64,000 nt of DNA, from contig OZ024740.1 of the NCBI GenBank assembly GCA_964016885.1, forward strand, positions 36,952,001-37,016,000. Reading direction: 5' to 3'. Below the pieces are notes generated by a model. It worked only from the letters and a program-made list of their open reading frames with translations, did no database searches and was not told where the DNA came from. This document shows, piece by piece, positions 27,501 through 42,500 of the stretch. The position numbers and the translations under genes are program-made. Within the stretch, counting starts at the first letter, position 1. The number at the start of each line of letters is the position of its first letter. This DNA comes from Eledone cirrhosa (taxonomy: Eukaryota).

Positions 27501-30500
27501 TTGTAGATCAGAGCTGACCAGTGGTTAAACAATATATATTATAGAATTGTAGATCAGAGCTGACCTGAGGTTAAAGAATATATATTATAGAACTGTAGAT
27601 CAGAGCTGACCTGTGGTTAAACAATATATATTATAGAATTGTAGATCAGAGCTGACCAGTGGTTAAACAATATATATTATAGAATTGTAGATGAGAGCTG
27701 ACCTGAGGTTAAACAATATATATTATAGAATTGTAGATCAGAGCTGACCTGTGGTTAAACAATATATATTATAGAATTGTAGATCAGAGCCTACCTGTGG
27801 TTAAACAATATATATTAAAGAATTGTAGATCAGAGCTGACCTGTGGTTAAACAATATATATTATAGAATTGTAGATCAGAGCTGACCTGAGGTTAAACAA
27901 TATAAATTATAGAATTGTAGATCAGAGCTGACCTGTGGTTAAACAATATATATTATAGAATTGTAGATCAGAGCTGTCCTCTGGTTAAACAATATATATT
28001 ATAGAATTGTAGATCAGAGCTGTCCTCTGGTTAAAAAATATATATTATAGAATTGTAGATCAGAGCTGACCTGTGGTTAAACAATATATATTATAGAATT
28101 GTAGATCAGAGCTGACCTGTGGTTAAACAATATATGTTATAGAATTGTAGATCAGAGCTGTCCTCTGGTTAAACAATATATATTATAGAATTGTAGATCA
28201 GAGCTGTCCTCTGGTTAAAAAATATATATTATAGAATTGTAGATCAGAGCTGACCTGTGGTTAAACAATATATATTATAGAATTGTAGATCAGAGCTGAC
28301 ATGTGGTTAAACAATATATATTATAGAATTGTAGATCAGAGCTGACTTGATGTTAAACAATATATATTATAGAATTGTAGATCAGAGCTGACCTGTGGTT
28401 AAACAATATATATAATAGAATTGTAGATGAGAGCTGACCTGTGGTTAAACAATATATATGATAGAATAGTAGATCACAGCTGAACTGTGGTTAAACAATA
28501 TATATTATAGAATTGTAGATCAGAGCTGACCTGTGGTTAAACAATATATATTATAGAATTGTAGATCAGAGCTGACCTGTGGTTAAACAATATATATTAT
28601 AGAATTGTAGATCAGAGCTGACCTGTCGTTAAATAATATATATTATAGAATTGTAGATCACAGCTGAACTGTGGTTAAACAATATATATTATAGAATTGT
28701 AGAGCAGAGCTGACCTGCGGTTAAACAATATATATTATAGAATTGTAGAGCAGAGCTGACCTGTAGTTAAACAATATATATTATAGAATTGTAGATCAGA
28801 GCTGACCTGTGGTTAACCAATATATATTATAGAATTGTAGATATGAGCTGACCTGTGGTTAAACAATATATATTATAGAATTGTAGTTCAGAGCTGACAT
28901 GTGGTTAAATAATAAGTATTATAGAATTGTAGATCAGAGCTGACCTGTGGTTAAAGAATATATATAATAGAATTGAAGATCAGAGCTGACCTGAGGTTAA
29001 ACAATATATATTATAGAATTGTAGATCAGAGCTGACCTGTGGTTAAACAATATATATTATAGAATTGTAGATCAGAGCTGTCCTCTGGTTAAACAATATA
29101 TATTATAGAATTGTAGATCAGAGCAGACTTGAGGTTAAACAATATATATTATAGAATTGTAGATCAGAGCTGACCTGTGGTTAAACAATATATATTAAAG
29201 AATTGTAGATCAGAGCTGACCTGTGGTTAAATAATATATGTTATAGAATTGTAGATCAGAGCTGACCTATGGTTAACCAATATATATTATAGAATTGTAG
29301 ATGAGAGCTGACCTGTGGTTAAACAATATATATTATAGATTAGTAGATCAGAGCTGACCTGAGGTTAAACAATATATATTATAGAATTGTAGATCAGAGC
29401 TGACCTGTGGTTAAACAATATAAATTATAGAATTGTAAATCAGAGCTGACCTGTAGTTAAACAATATATATTATAGAATTGTAGATCAGAGCTGTCCTCT
29501 GGTTAAACAATATATATTATAGAATTGTAGATCAGAGCTGACATGTGGTTAAATAATAAATATTATAGAATTGTAGATCACAGCTGACCTGTGGTTAAAC
29601 AATATATATTATAGAATTGTAGATCTGAGCAGACTTGAGGTTAAACAATATATATTAGAGAATTGTAGATCAGAGCTGACCTGTGGTTAAACAATATATA
29701 TTATAGAATTGTAGATCAGAGCTGACCTGTGGTTAAACTATATATTATAGAATTGTAGATCAGAGCTTACCTCTGGTTAAATAATATATATTATAGAATA
29801 GTAGATCAGAGCTGACCTGTGGTTAAACAATATATATTATAGAATTTTTTATCAGAGCTGACCTGTGGTTAAACAATATATATTATAGAATTGTAGATCA
29901 GAGCTGTCCTCTGGTTAAACAATATATATTATAGAATTGAAGATCAGAGCTGACCAGTGGTTAGACAATATATATTATAGAATTGTAGATCAGAGCTGAC
30001 CTGAGGTTAAACAATATATATTATAGAATTGTAGATCAGAGCTGACCTGTGGTTAAACAATATATATTATAGAATTGTAGATCAGAGCTGACCAGTGGTT
30101 AAACAATATATATTATAGAATTGTAGATCAGCGCTGACCTGTGGTTAAACAATATATATTATAGAATTGTAGATCAGAGCTGATCTGTGGTTAAACAATA
30201 TATATTATAGAATTGTAGATCAGAGCTGACCTGAGGTTAAACAATATAAATTATAGAATTGTAGATCAGAGCTGACCTGTGGTTAAACAATATATATTAT
30301 AGAATTGTAGATCAGAGCTGTCCTCTGGCTAAACAACATATGTTATAGATTTGTAGATCAGAGCTGTCCTCTGGTTAAACAATATATATTATAGAATTGT
30401 AGATCAGAGCTGACCTGTGGTTAAACAATATATATTATAGAATTGTAGATCAGAGCTGACCTGTGGTTAAACAATATATATTATAGAATTGTAGATCAGA

Positions 30501-33500
30501 GCTGACTTGAGGTTAAACAATATATATTATAGAATTGTAGATCAGAGCTGACCTGTGGTTAAACAATATATATAATAGAATTGTAGATGAGAGCTGACCT
30601 GTGGTTAAACAATATATATTATAGAATAGTAGATCAGAGGTGACCTGTGGTTAAACAATATATATAATAGAATTGTAGATGAGAGCTGACCTGTGGTTAA
30701 ACAATATATATTATAGAATAGTAGATCACAGCTGAACTGTGGTTAAACAATATATATTATAGAATTGTAGATCAGAGCTGTCCTCTGGTTAAACAATATA
30801 TATTATAGAATTGTAGATCAGAGCTGTCCTCTGGTTAAAAAATATATATTATAGAATTGTAGATCAGAGCTGACCTGTGGTTAAACAATATATATTATAG
30901 AATTGTAGATCAGAGCTGACCTGTGGTTAAACAATATATATTATAGAATTGTAGATCAGAGCTGACCTGTGGTTAAACAATATATATTATAGAATTGTAG
31001 ATCAGAGCTGACTTGATGTTAAACAATATATATTATAGAATTGTAGATCAGAGCTGACCTGTGGTTAAACAATATATATAATAGAATTGTAGATGAGAGC
31101 TGACCTGTGGTTAAACTATATATATTATAGAATTGTAGATCAGAGCTGACCTGTGGTTAAACAATATATATTATAGAATTGTAGATCAGAGCTGACTTGA
31201 TGTTAAACAATATATATTATAGAATTGTAGATTAGAGCTGACCTGTGGTTAAACAATATATATAATAGAATTGTAGATGAAAGCTGACCTGTGGTTAAAC
31301 AATATATATTATAGAATTGTAGATCAGAGCTGACCTGTGGTTAAACAATACATATTATAGAATTGTAGATCACAGCTGAACTGTGGTTAAACAATATATA
31401 TTATAGAATTGTAGATGAGAGCTGACCTGTGGTTAAACAAAATATATTATAGAATTGTAGAGCAGAGCTGACCTGTGGTTAAACAAAATATATTATAGAA
31501 TTGTAGAGCAGAGCTGACCTGTGGTTAAACAAAATATATTATAGAATTGTAGAGCAGAGCTGACCTGTGGTTAAACAATATATATTATAGAATTGTAGAT
31601 CAGAGCTGACCTGCAGTTAAACAATATATATTATAGTATTGTAGATCAGAGCTGACCTGTGGTTAAACAAAATATATTATAGAATTGTAGATCAGAGCTG
31701 GTCTGTCGTTAAACATATATATTATAGAATTGTAGATCAGAGCTGACCTGCGGTTAAACAATATATATTATAGAATTGTAGAGCAGAGCTGACCTGTGGT
31801 TAAACAAAATATATTATAGAATTGTAGATCAGAGCTGGTCTGTCGTTAAACATATATATTATAGAATTGTAGATCAGAGCTGACCTGCGGTTAAACAATA
31901 TATATTATAGAATTGTAGAGCAGAGCTGACCTGTGGTTAACCAATATATATTATAGAATTGTAGATCAGAGCTGACCTGTGGTTAAACAATATATATTAT
32001 AGAATTGTAGTTCAGAGCTGACATGTGGTTAAATAATAAATATTATAGAATTGTAGATCAGAGCTGACCTGTGGTTAAAGAATATATATAATAGAATTGA
32101 AGATCAGAGCTGACCTGTAGTTAAACAATATATATTATAGAATTGTAGATCAGAGCTGTCCTCTGGTTAAACAATATATATTATAGAATTGTAGATCAGA
32201 GCAGACTTGAGGTTAAACAATATATATTATAGAATTGTAGATCAGAGCTGTCCTGTGGTTAAACAATATATATTATAGAATTGTAGATCAGAGCTGAACT
32301 GTGGTTAAACAATATATATTATAGAATTGTAGATCAGAGCTGACCTGAGGTTAAACAATATATATTATAGAATTGTAGATCAGGGCTGACCTGTGGTTAA
32401 ACAATATATATTATAGAATTTTTTATCAAAGCTGACCTGTGGTTAAACAATATATATTATAGAATTGTAGATCAGAGCTGTCCTCTGGTTAAACAATATA
32501 TATTATAGAATTGTAGATCAGAGCTGACCAGTGGTTAAACAATATATATTATAGAATTGTAGATCAGAGCTGACCTGAGGTTAAAGAATATATATTATAG
32601 AATTGTAGATCAGAGCTGACCTGTGGTTAAACAATATATATTATAGAATTGTAGATCAGCGCTGACCAGTGGTTAAACAATATATATTATAGAATTGTAG
32701 ATCAGAGCTGACCTGAGGTTAAACAATATATATTATAGAATTGTAGATCAGAGCTGACCTGTGGTTAAACAATATATATTATAGAATTGTAGATCAGAGC
32801 CTACCTGTGGTTAAACAATATATATTAAAGAATTGTAGATCAGAGCTGACCTGTGGTTAAACAATATATATTATAGAATTGTAGATCAGAGCTGACCTGA
32901 GGTTAAACAATATAAATTATAGAATTGTAGATCAGAGCTGTCCTGTGGTTAAACAATATATAATATAGAATTGTAGATCAGAGCTGACTTGTGGTTAAAC
33001 AATATATATTATAGAATTGTAGATCAGAGCTGACCTGTGGTTAAACAATATATAATATAGAATTGTAGATCAGAGCTGACTTGTGGTTAAACAATATATA
33101 TTATAGAATTGTAGATCAGAGCTGACCTGTGGTTAAACAATATATATTATAGAATAGTAGATCAGAGCTGTCCTCTGGTTAAACAATATATATTATAGAA
33201 TTGTAGATCAGAGCTGTCCTCTGGTTAAAAAATATATATTATAGAATTGTAGATCAGAGCTGACCTGTGGTTAAACAATATATATTATAGAATTGTAGAT
33301 CAGAGCTGACCTGTGGTTAAACAATATATATTATAGAATTGTAGATCAGAGCTGACTTGATGTTAAACAATATATATTATAGAATTGTAGATCAGAGCTG
33401 ACCTGTGGTTAAACAATATATATAATAGAATTGTAGATGAGAGCTTACCTGTGGTTAAACAATATATATTATAGAATTGTAGATCAGAGCTGAACTGTGG

Positions 33501-36500
33501 TTAAACAATATATATTATAGAATTGTAGATCAGAGCTGACCTGTGGTTAAACAATATATATTATAGAATTGTAGATCAGAGCTGACCTGTGGTTAAACAA
33601 TATATATTATAGAATTGTAGATCAGAGCTGACCTGTGGTTAAACAATATATATTATAGAATTGTAGATCAGAGCTGACCTGTGGTTAAACAATATATATT
33701 ATAGAATTGTAGTGCAGAGCTGACCTGTGGTTAAATAATACATATTATAGAATTGTAGATCAGAGCTGACTTGATGTTAAACAATATATATTATAGAATT
33801 GTAGATCAGAGCTGACCTGTGGTTAAACAATATATATAATAGAATTGTAGATGAGAGCTGACCTGTGGTTAAACAATATATATTATAGAATTGTAGATCA
33901 GAGCTGACCTGTGGTTAAACAATATATATTATAGAATTGTAGATCAGAGCTGACCTGTGGTTAAACAATACATATTATAGAATTGTAGATCAGAGCTGAC
34001 CTGTGGTTAAAGAATATATATAATAGAATTGAAGATCAGAGCTGACCTGTAGTTAAACAATATATATTATAGAATTGTAGATCAGAGCTGTCCTCTGGTT
34101 AAACAATATATATTATAGAATTGTAGATCAGAGCAGACTTGAGGTTAAACAATATATATTATAGAATTGTAGATCAGAGCTGTCCTGTGGTTAAACAATA
34201 TATATTATAGAATTGTAGATCAGAGCTGAACTGTGGTTAAACAATATATATTATAGAATTGTAGATCAGAGCTAACCTGTCGTTAAATAATATATATTTT
34301 AGAATTGTAGATCAGAGCTGAAATGTGTTTAAACAATATATATTATAGAATTGTAGATCAGAGCTGACCTGTGGTTAAACAATATATCTTATAGAATTGT
34401 AGATCAGAGCTGACATGTGGTTAAATAATAAACATTATAGAATTGTAGATCAGAGCTGACCTGTGGTTAAACAATATATATTATAGAATTGTAGATCAGA
34501 GCTGACCTGTCGTTAAACAAAATATATTATAGAATTGTAGAGCAGAGCTGACCTGTGGTTAAATAAAATATATTATAGAATTGTAGAGCAGAGCTGACCT
34601 GTGGTTAAACAATATATAATATAGAATTGTAGATCAGAGCTGACTTGTGGTTAAACAATATATATTATAGAATTGTAGATCAGAGCTGACCTGTGGTTAA
34701 ACAATATATAATATAGAATTGTAGATCAGAGCTGACTTGTGGTTAAACAATATATATTATAGAATTGTAGATCAGAGCTGACCTGTGGTTAAACAATATA
34801 TATTATAGAATAGTAGATCAGAGCTGTCCTCTGGTTAAACAATATATATTATAGAATTGTAGATCAGAGCTGTCCTCTGGTTAAAAAATATATATTATAG
34901 AATTGTAGATCAGAGCTGACCTGTGGTTAAACAATATATATTATAGAATTGTAGATCAGAGCTGACCTGTGGTTAAACAATATATATTATAGAATTGTAG
35001 ATCAGAGCTGACTTGATGTTAAACAATATATATTATAGAATTGTAGATCAGAGCTGACCTGTGGTTAAACAATATATATAATAGAATTGTAGATGAGAGC
35101 TTACCTGTGGTTAAACAATATATATTATAGAATTGTAGATCAGAGCTGAACTGTGGTTAAACAATATATATTATAGAATTGTAGATCAGAGCTGACCTGT
35201 GGTTAAACAATATATATTATAGAATTGTAGATCAGAGCTGACCTGTGGTTAAACAATATATATTATAGAATTGTAGATCAGAGCTGACCTGTGGTTAAAC
35301 AATATATATTATAGAATTGTAGATCAGAGCTGACCTGTGGTTAAACAATATATATTATAGAATTGTAGTGCAGAGCTGACCTGTGGTTAAATAATACATA
35401 TTATAGAATTGTAGATCAGAGCTGACTTGATGTTAAACAATATATATTATAGAATTGTAGATCAGAGCTGACCTGTGGTTAAACAATATATATAATAGAA
35501 TTGTAGATGAGAGCTGACCTGTGGTTAAACAATATATATTATAGAATTGTAGATCAGAGCTGACCTGTGGTTAAACAATATATATTATAGAATTGTAGAT
35601 CAGAGCTGACCTGTGGTTAAACAATACATATTATAGAATTGTAGATCAGAGCTGACCTGTGGTTAAAGAATATATATAATAGAATTGAAGATCAGAGCTG
35701 ACCTGTAGTTAAACAATATATATTATAGAATTGTAGATCAGAGCTGTCCTCTGGTTAAACAATATATATTATAGAATTGTAGATCAGAGCAGACTTGAGG
35801 TTAAACAATATATATTATAGAATTGTAGATCAGAGCTGTCCTGTGGTTAAACAATATATATTATAGAATTGTAGATCAGAGCTGAACTGTGGTTAAACAA
35901 TATATATTATAGAATTGTAGATCAGAGCTAACCTGTCGTTAAATAATATATATTTTAGAATTGTAGATCAGAGCTGAAATGTGTTTAAACAATATATATT
36001 ATAGAATTGTAGATCAGAGCTGACCTGTGGTTAAACAATATATCTTATAGAATTGTAGATCAGAGCTGACATGTGGTTAAATAATAAACATTATAGAATT
36101 GTAGATCAGAGCTGACCTGTGGTTAAACAATATATATTATAGAATTGTAGATCAGAGCTGACCTGTCGTTAAACAAAATATATTATAGAATTGTAGAGCA
36201 GAGCTGACCTGTGGTTAAATAAAATATATTATAGAATTGTAGAGCAGAGCTGACCTGTGGTTAAACAATATATATTATAGAATTGTAGATCAGAGCTGAC
36301 CTGCAGTTAAACAATATATATTATAGTATTGTAGATCAGAGCTGACCTGTGGTGAAACAAAATATATTATAGAATTGTAGATCAGAGCTGGTCTGTCGTT
36401 AAACATATATATTATAGAATTGTAGATCAGAGCTGACCTGTGGTTAAACAATATATATTATAGAATTGTAGATCAGAGCTGAACTGTGGTTAAACAATAT

Positions 36501-39500
36501 ATATTATAGAATTGTAGATCAGAGCTGACCTGAGGTTAAACAATATATATTATAGAATTGTAGATCAGAGCTGACCTGTGGTTAAACAATATATATTATA
36601 GAATTTTTTATCAGAGCTGTCCTCTGGTTAAACAATATATATTATAGAATTGTAGATCAGAGCTGACCAGTGGTTAAACAATATATATTATAGAATTGTA
36701 GATCAGAGCTGACCTGAGGTTAAAGAATATATATTATAGAACTGTAGATCAGAGCTGACCTGTGGTTAAACAATATATATTATAGAATTGTAGATCAGAG
36801 CTGACCAGTGGTTAAACAATATATATTATAGAATTGTAGATGAGAGCTGACCTGAGGTTAAACAATATATATTATAGAATTGTAGATCAGAGCTGACCTG
36901 TGGTTAAACAATATATATTATAGAATTGTAGATCAGAGCTGACCAGTGGTTAAACAATATATATTATAGAATTGTAGATCAGAGCTGACCTGAGGTTAAA
37001 GAATATATATTATAGAACTGTAGATCAGAGCTGACCTGTGGTTAAACAATATATATTATAGAATTGTAGATCAGAGCTGACCAGTGGTTAAACAATATAT
37101 ATTATAGAATTGTAGATGAGAGCTGACCTGAGGTTAAACAATATATATTATAGAATTGTAGATCAGAGCTGACCTGTGGTTAAACAATATATATTATAGA
37201 ATTGTAGATCAGAGCCTACCTGTGGTTAAACAATATATATTAAAGAATTGTAGATCAGAGCTGACCTGTGGTTAAACAATATATATTATAGAATTGTAGA
37301 TCAGAGCTGACCTTAGGTTAAACAATATAAATTATAGAATTGTAGATCAGAGCTGACTTGTGGTTAAACAATATATATTATAGAATTGTAGATCAGAGCT
37401 GTCCTCTGGTTAAACAATATATATTATAGAATTGTAGATCAGAGCTGTCCTCTGGTTAAAAAATATATATTATAGAATTGTAGATCAGAGCTGACCTGTG
37501 GTTAAACAATATATATTATAGAATTGTAGATCAGAGCTGACCTGTGGTTAAACAATATATATTATAGAATTGTAGATCAGAGCTGAAATGTGGTTAAACA
37601 AAATATATTATAGAATTGTAGATCAGAGCTGGCCTGTGGTTAAACAATATATATTATAGAATTGTAGAGCAGAGCTGACCTGCGGTTAAACAATATATAT
37701 TATAGAATTGTAGAGCAGAGCTGACCTGTAGTTAAACAATATATATTATAGAATAGTAGATCACAGCTGAACTGTGGTTAAACAATATATATTATAGAAT
37801 TGTAGATCAGAGCTGACCTGTGGTTAAACAATATATATTATAGAATTGTAGATCAGAGCTGACCTGTGGTTAAACAATATATATTTTAGAATTGTAGATC
37901 AGAGCTGAAATGTGGTTAAACAAAATATATTATAGAATTGTAGATCAGAGCTGGCCTGTGGTTAAACAATATATATTATAGAATTGTAGAGCAGAGCTGA
38001 CCTGCGGTTAAACAATATATATTATAGAATTGTAGAGCAGAGCTGACCTGTGGTTAACCAATATATATTATAGAATTGTAGATCAGAGCTGACCTGTGGT
38101 TAAACAATATATATTATAGAATTGTAGATCAGAGCTGACCTGTGGTTAAACAATATATATTATAGAATTGTAGATCAGAGCTGACCTGTGGTTAAACAAT
38201 ATATATTATAGAATTGTAGAGCAGAGCTGACCTGCGGTTAAACAATATATATTATAGAATTGTAGTTCAGAGCTGACATGTGGTTAAATAATAAGTATTA
38301 TAGAATTGTAGATCAGAGCTGACCTGTGGTTAAACAATATATATAATAGAATTGTAGATCAGAGCTGTCCTCTGGTTAAACAATATATATTATAGAATTG
38401 TAGATCAGAGCAGACTTGAGGTTTAACAATATATATTATAGAATTGTAGATCAGAGCTGACCTGTGGTTAAACAATATATATTAAAGAATTGTAGATCAG
38501 AGCTGACCTGTGGTTAAATAATATATGTTATAGAATTGTAGATCAGAGCTGACCTATGGTTAACCAATATATATTATAGAATTGTAGATGAGAGCTGACC
38601 TGTGGTTAAACAATATATATTATAGATTAGTAGATCAGAGCTGACCTGTGGTTAAAGAATATATATTATAGAATTGAAGATCAGAGCTGACCTGAGGTTA
38701 AACAATATATATTATAGAATTGTAGATCAGAGCTGACCTGTGGTTAAACAATATAAATTATAGAATTGTAAATCAGAGCTGACCTGTGGTTAAACAATAT
38801 ATATTATAGAATTGTAGATCAGAGCTGTCCTCTGGTTAAACAATATATATTATAGAATTGTAGATCAGAGCTGACATGTGGTTAAATAATAAATATTATA
38901 GAATTGTAGATCACAGCTGACCTGTGGTTAAACAATATATATTATAGAATTGTAGATCTGAGCAGACTTGGGGTTAAACAATATATATTAGAGAATTGTA
39001 GATCAGAGCTGACCTGTGGTTAAACAATATATATTATAGAATTGTAGATCAGAGCTGACCTGTGGTTAAACTATATATTATAGAATTGTAGATCAGAGCT
39101 TACCTCTGGTTAAATAATATATATTATAGAATAGTAGATCAGAGCTGACCTGTGGTTAAACAATATATATTATAGAATTTTTTATCAGAGCTGACCTGTG
39201 GTTAAACAATATATATTATAGAATTGTAGATCAGAGCTGTCCTCTGGTTAAACAATATATATTATAGAATTGAAGATCAGAGCTGACCAGTGGTTAAACA
39301 ATATATATTATAGAATTGTAGATCAGAGCTGACCTGAGGTTAAACAATATATATTATAGAATTGTAGATCAGAGCTGACCTGTGGTTAAACAATATATAT
39401 TATAGAATTGTAGATCAGAGCTGACCAGTGGTTAAACAATATATATTATAGAATTGTAGATCAGCGCTGACCTGTGGTTAAACAATATATATTATAGAAT

Positions 39501-42500
39501 TGTAGAGCAGAGCTGACCTGCGGTTAAACAATATATATTATAGAATTGTAGAGCAGAGCTGACCTGTAGTTAAACAATATATATTATAGAATAGTAGATC
39601 ACAGCTGAACTGTGGTTAAACAATATATATTATAGAATTGTAGATCAGAGCTGACCTGTGGTTAAACAATATATATTATAGAATTGTAGATCAGAGCTGA
39701 CCTGTGGTTAAACAATATATATTTTAGAATTGTAGATCAGAGCTGAAATGTGGTTAAACAAAATATATTATAGAATTGTAGATCAGAGCTGGCCTGTGGT
39801 TAAACAATATATATTATAGAATTGTAGAGCAGAGCTGACCTGCGGTTAAACAATATATATTATAGAATTGTAGAGCAGAGCTGACCTGTGGTTAACCAAT
39901 ATATATTATAGAATTGTAGATCAGAGCTGACCTGTGGTTAAACAATATATATTATAGAATTGTAGATCAGAGCTGACCTGTGGTTAAACAATATATATTA
40001 TAGAATTGTAGATCAGAGCTGACCTGTGGTTAAACAATATATATTATAGAATTGTAGAGCAGAGCTGACCTGCGGTTAAACAATATATATTATAGAATTG
40101 TAGTTCAGAGCTGACATGTGGTTAAATAATAAGTATTATAGAATTGTAGATCAGAGCTGACCTGTGGTTAAACAATATATATAATAGAATTGTAGATCAG
40201 AGCTGTCCTCTGGTTAAACAATATATATTATAGAATTGTAGATCAGAGCAGACTTGAGGTTTAACAATATATATTATAGAATTGTAGATCAGAGCTGACC
40301 TGTGGTTAAACAATATATATTAAAGAATTGTAGATCAGAGCTGACCTGTGGTTAAATAATATATGTTATAGAATTGTAGATCAGAGCTGACCTATGGTTA
40401 ACCAATATATATTATAGAATTGTAGATGAGAGCTGACCTGTGGTTAAACAATATATATTATAGATTAGTAGATCAGAGCTGACCTGTGGTTAAAGAATAT
40501 ATATTATAGAATTGAAGATCAGAGCTGACCTGAGGTTAAACAATATATATTATAGAATTGTAGATCAGAGCTGACCTGTGGTTAAACAATATAAATTATA
40601 GAATTGTAAATCAGAGCTGACCTGTGGTTAAACAATATATATTATAGAATTGTAGATCAGAGCTGTCCTCTGGTTAAACAATATATATTATAGAATTGTA
40701 GATCAGAGCTGACATGTGGTTAAATAATAAATATTATAGAATTGTAGATCACAGCTGACCTGTGGTTAAACAATATATATTATAGAATTGTAGATCTGAG
40801 CAGACTTGGGGTTAAACAATATATATTAGAGAATTGTAGATCAGAGCTGACCTGTGGTTAAACAATATATATTATAGAATTGTAGATCAGAGCTGACCTG
40901 TGGTTAAACTATATATTATAGAATTGTAGATCAGAGCTTACCTCTGGTTAAATAATATATATTATAGAATAGTAGATCAGAGCTGACCTGTGGTTAAACA
41001 ATATATATTATAGAATTTTTTATCAGAGCTGACCTGTGGTTAAACAATATATATTATAGAATTGTAGATCAGAGCTGTCCTCTGGTTAAACAATATATAT
41101 TATAGAATTGAAGATCAGAGCTGACCAGTGGTTAAACAATATATATTATAGAATTGTAGATCAGAGCTGACCTGAGGTTAAACAATATATATTATAGAAT
41201 TGTAGATCAGAGCTGACCTGTGGTTAAACAATATATATTATAGAATTGTAGATCAGAGCTGACCAGTGGTTAAACAATATATATTATAGAATTGTAGATC
41301 AGCGCTGACCTGTGGTTAAACAATATATATTATAGAATTGTAGATCAGAGCTGATCTGTGGTTAAACAATATATATTATAGAATTGTAGAACAGAGCTGA
41401 CCTGAGGTTAAACAATATAAATTATAGAATTGTAGATCAGAGCTGACCTGTGGTTAAACAATATATATTATAGAATTGTAGATCAGAGCTGTCCTCTGGC
41501 TAAACAACATATGTTATAGATTTGTAGATCAGAGCTGTCCTCTGGTTAAACAATATATATTATAGAATTGTAGATCAGAGCTGACCTGTGGTTAAAGAAT
41601 ATATATTATAGAATTGTAGATCAGAGCTGACCTGTGGTTAAACAATATATATTATAGAATTGTAGATCAGAGCTGACTTGAGGTTAAACAATATATATTA
41701 TAGAATTGTAGATCAGAGCTGACCTGTGGTTAAACAATATATATAATAGAATTGTAGATGAGAGCTGACCTGTGGTTAAACAATATATATTATAGAATAG
41801 TAGATCAGAGCTGAACTGTGGTTAAACAATATATATTATAGAATTCTAGATCAGAGCTGACCTGTGGTTAAACAATATATATTATAGAATAGTAGATCAG
41901 AGCTGACCTGTGGTTAAACAATATATATTATAGAATTGTCGATCAGTGCTGACATATGGTTAAACAATATATATTATAGAATTGTAGATCAGAGCTGACC
42001 TGTGGCTAAACAATATATATTATAGAATTGTAGATCAGAGCTGACCTGTGGTTAAACAATATATATTATAGAATAGTAGATCAGAGCTGACCTGTGGTTA
42101 AACAATATATATTATAGAATTGTAGATCAGAGCTGACCTGTCGTTAAACAATATATATAACAGAATTGTATATGAGAGCTGACCTGTGGTTAAACAATAT
42201 ATATTATAGAATTGTAGATCAGAGCTGACCTGTGGTTAACCAATATATATTATAGAATTGTAGATCAGAGCTGACCTGTGGTTAAACAAAATATATTATA
42301 GAATTGTAGAGCAGAGCTGACCTGTGGTTAAACAATATATATTATAGAATTGTAGATCAGAGCTGACCTGCAGTTAAACAATATATATTATATTATTGTA
42401 GATCAGAGCTGACCTGTGGTCAAACAAAATATATTATAGAATTGTAGATCAGAGCTGGCCTGTCGTTAAACATATATATTATAGAATTGTAGATCAGAGC

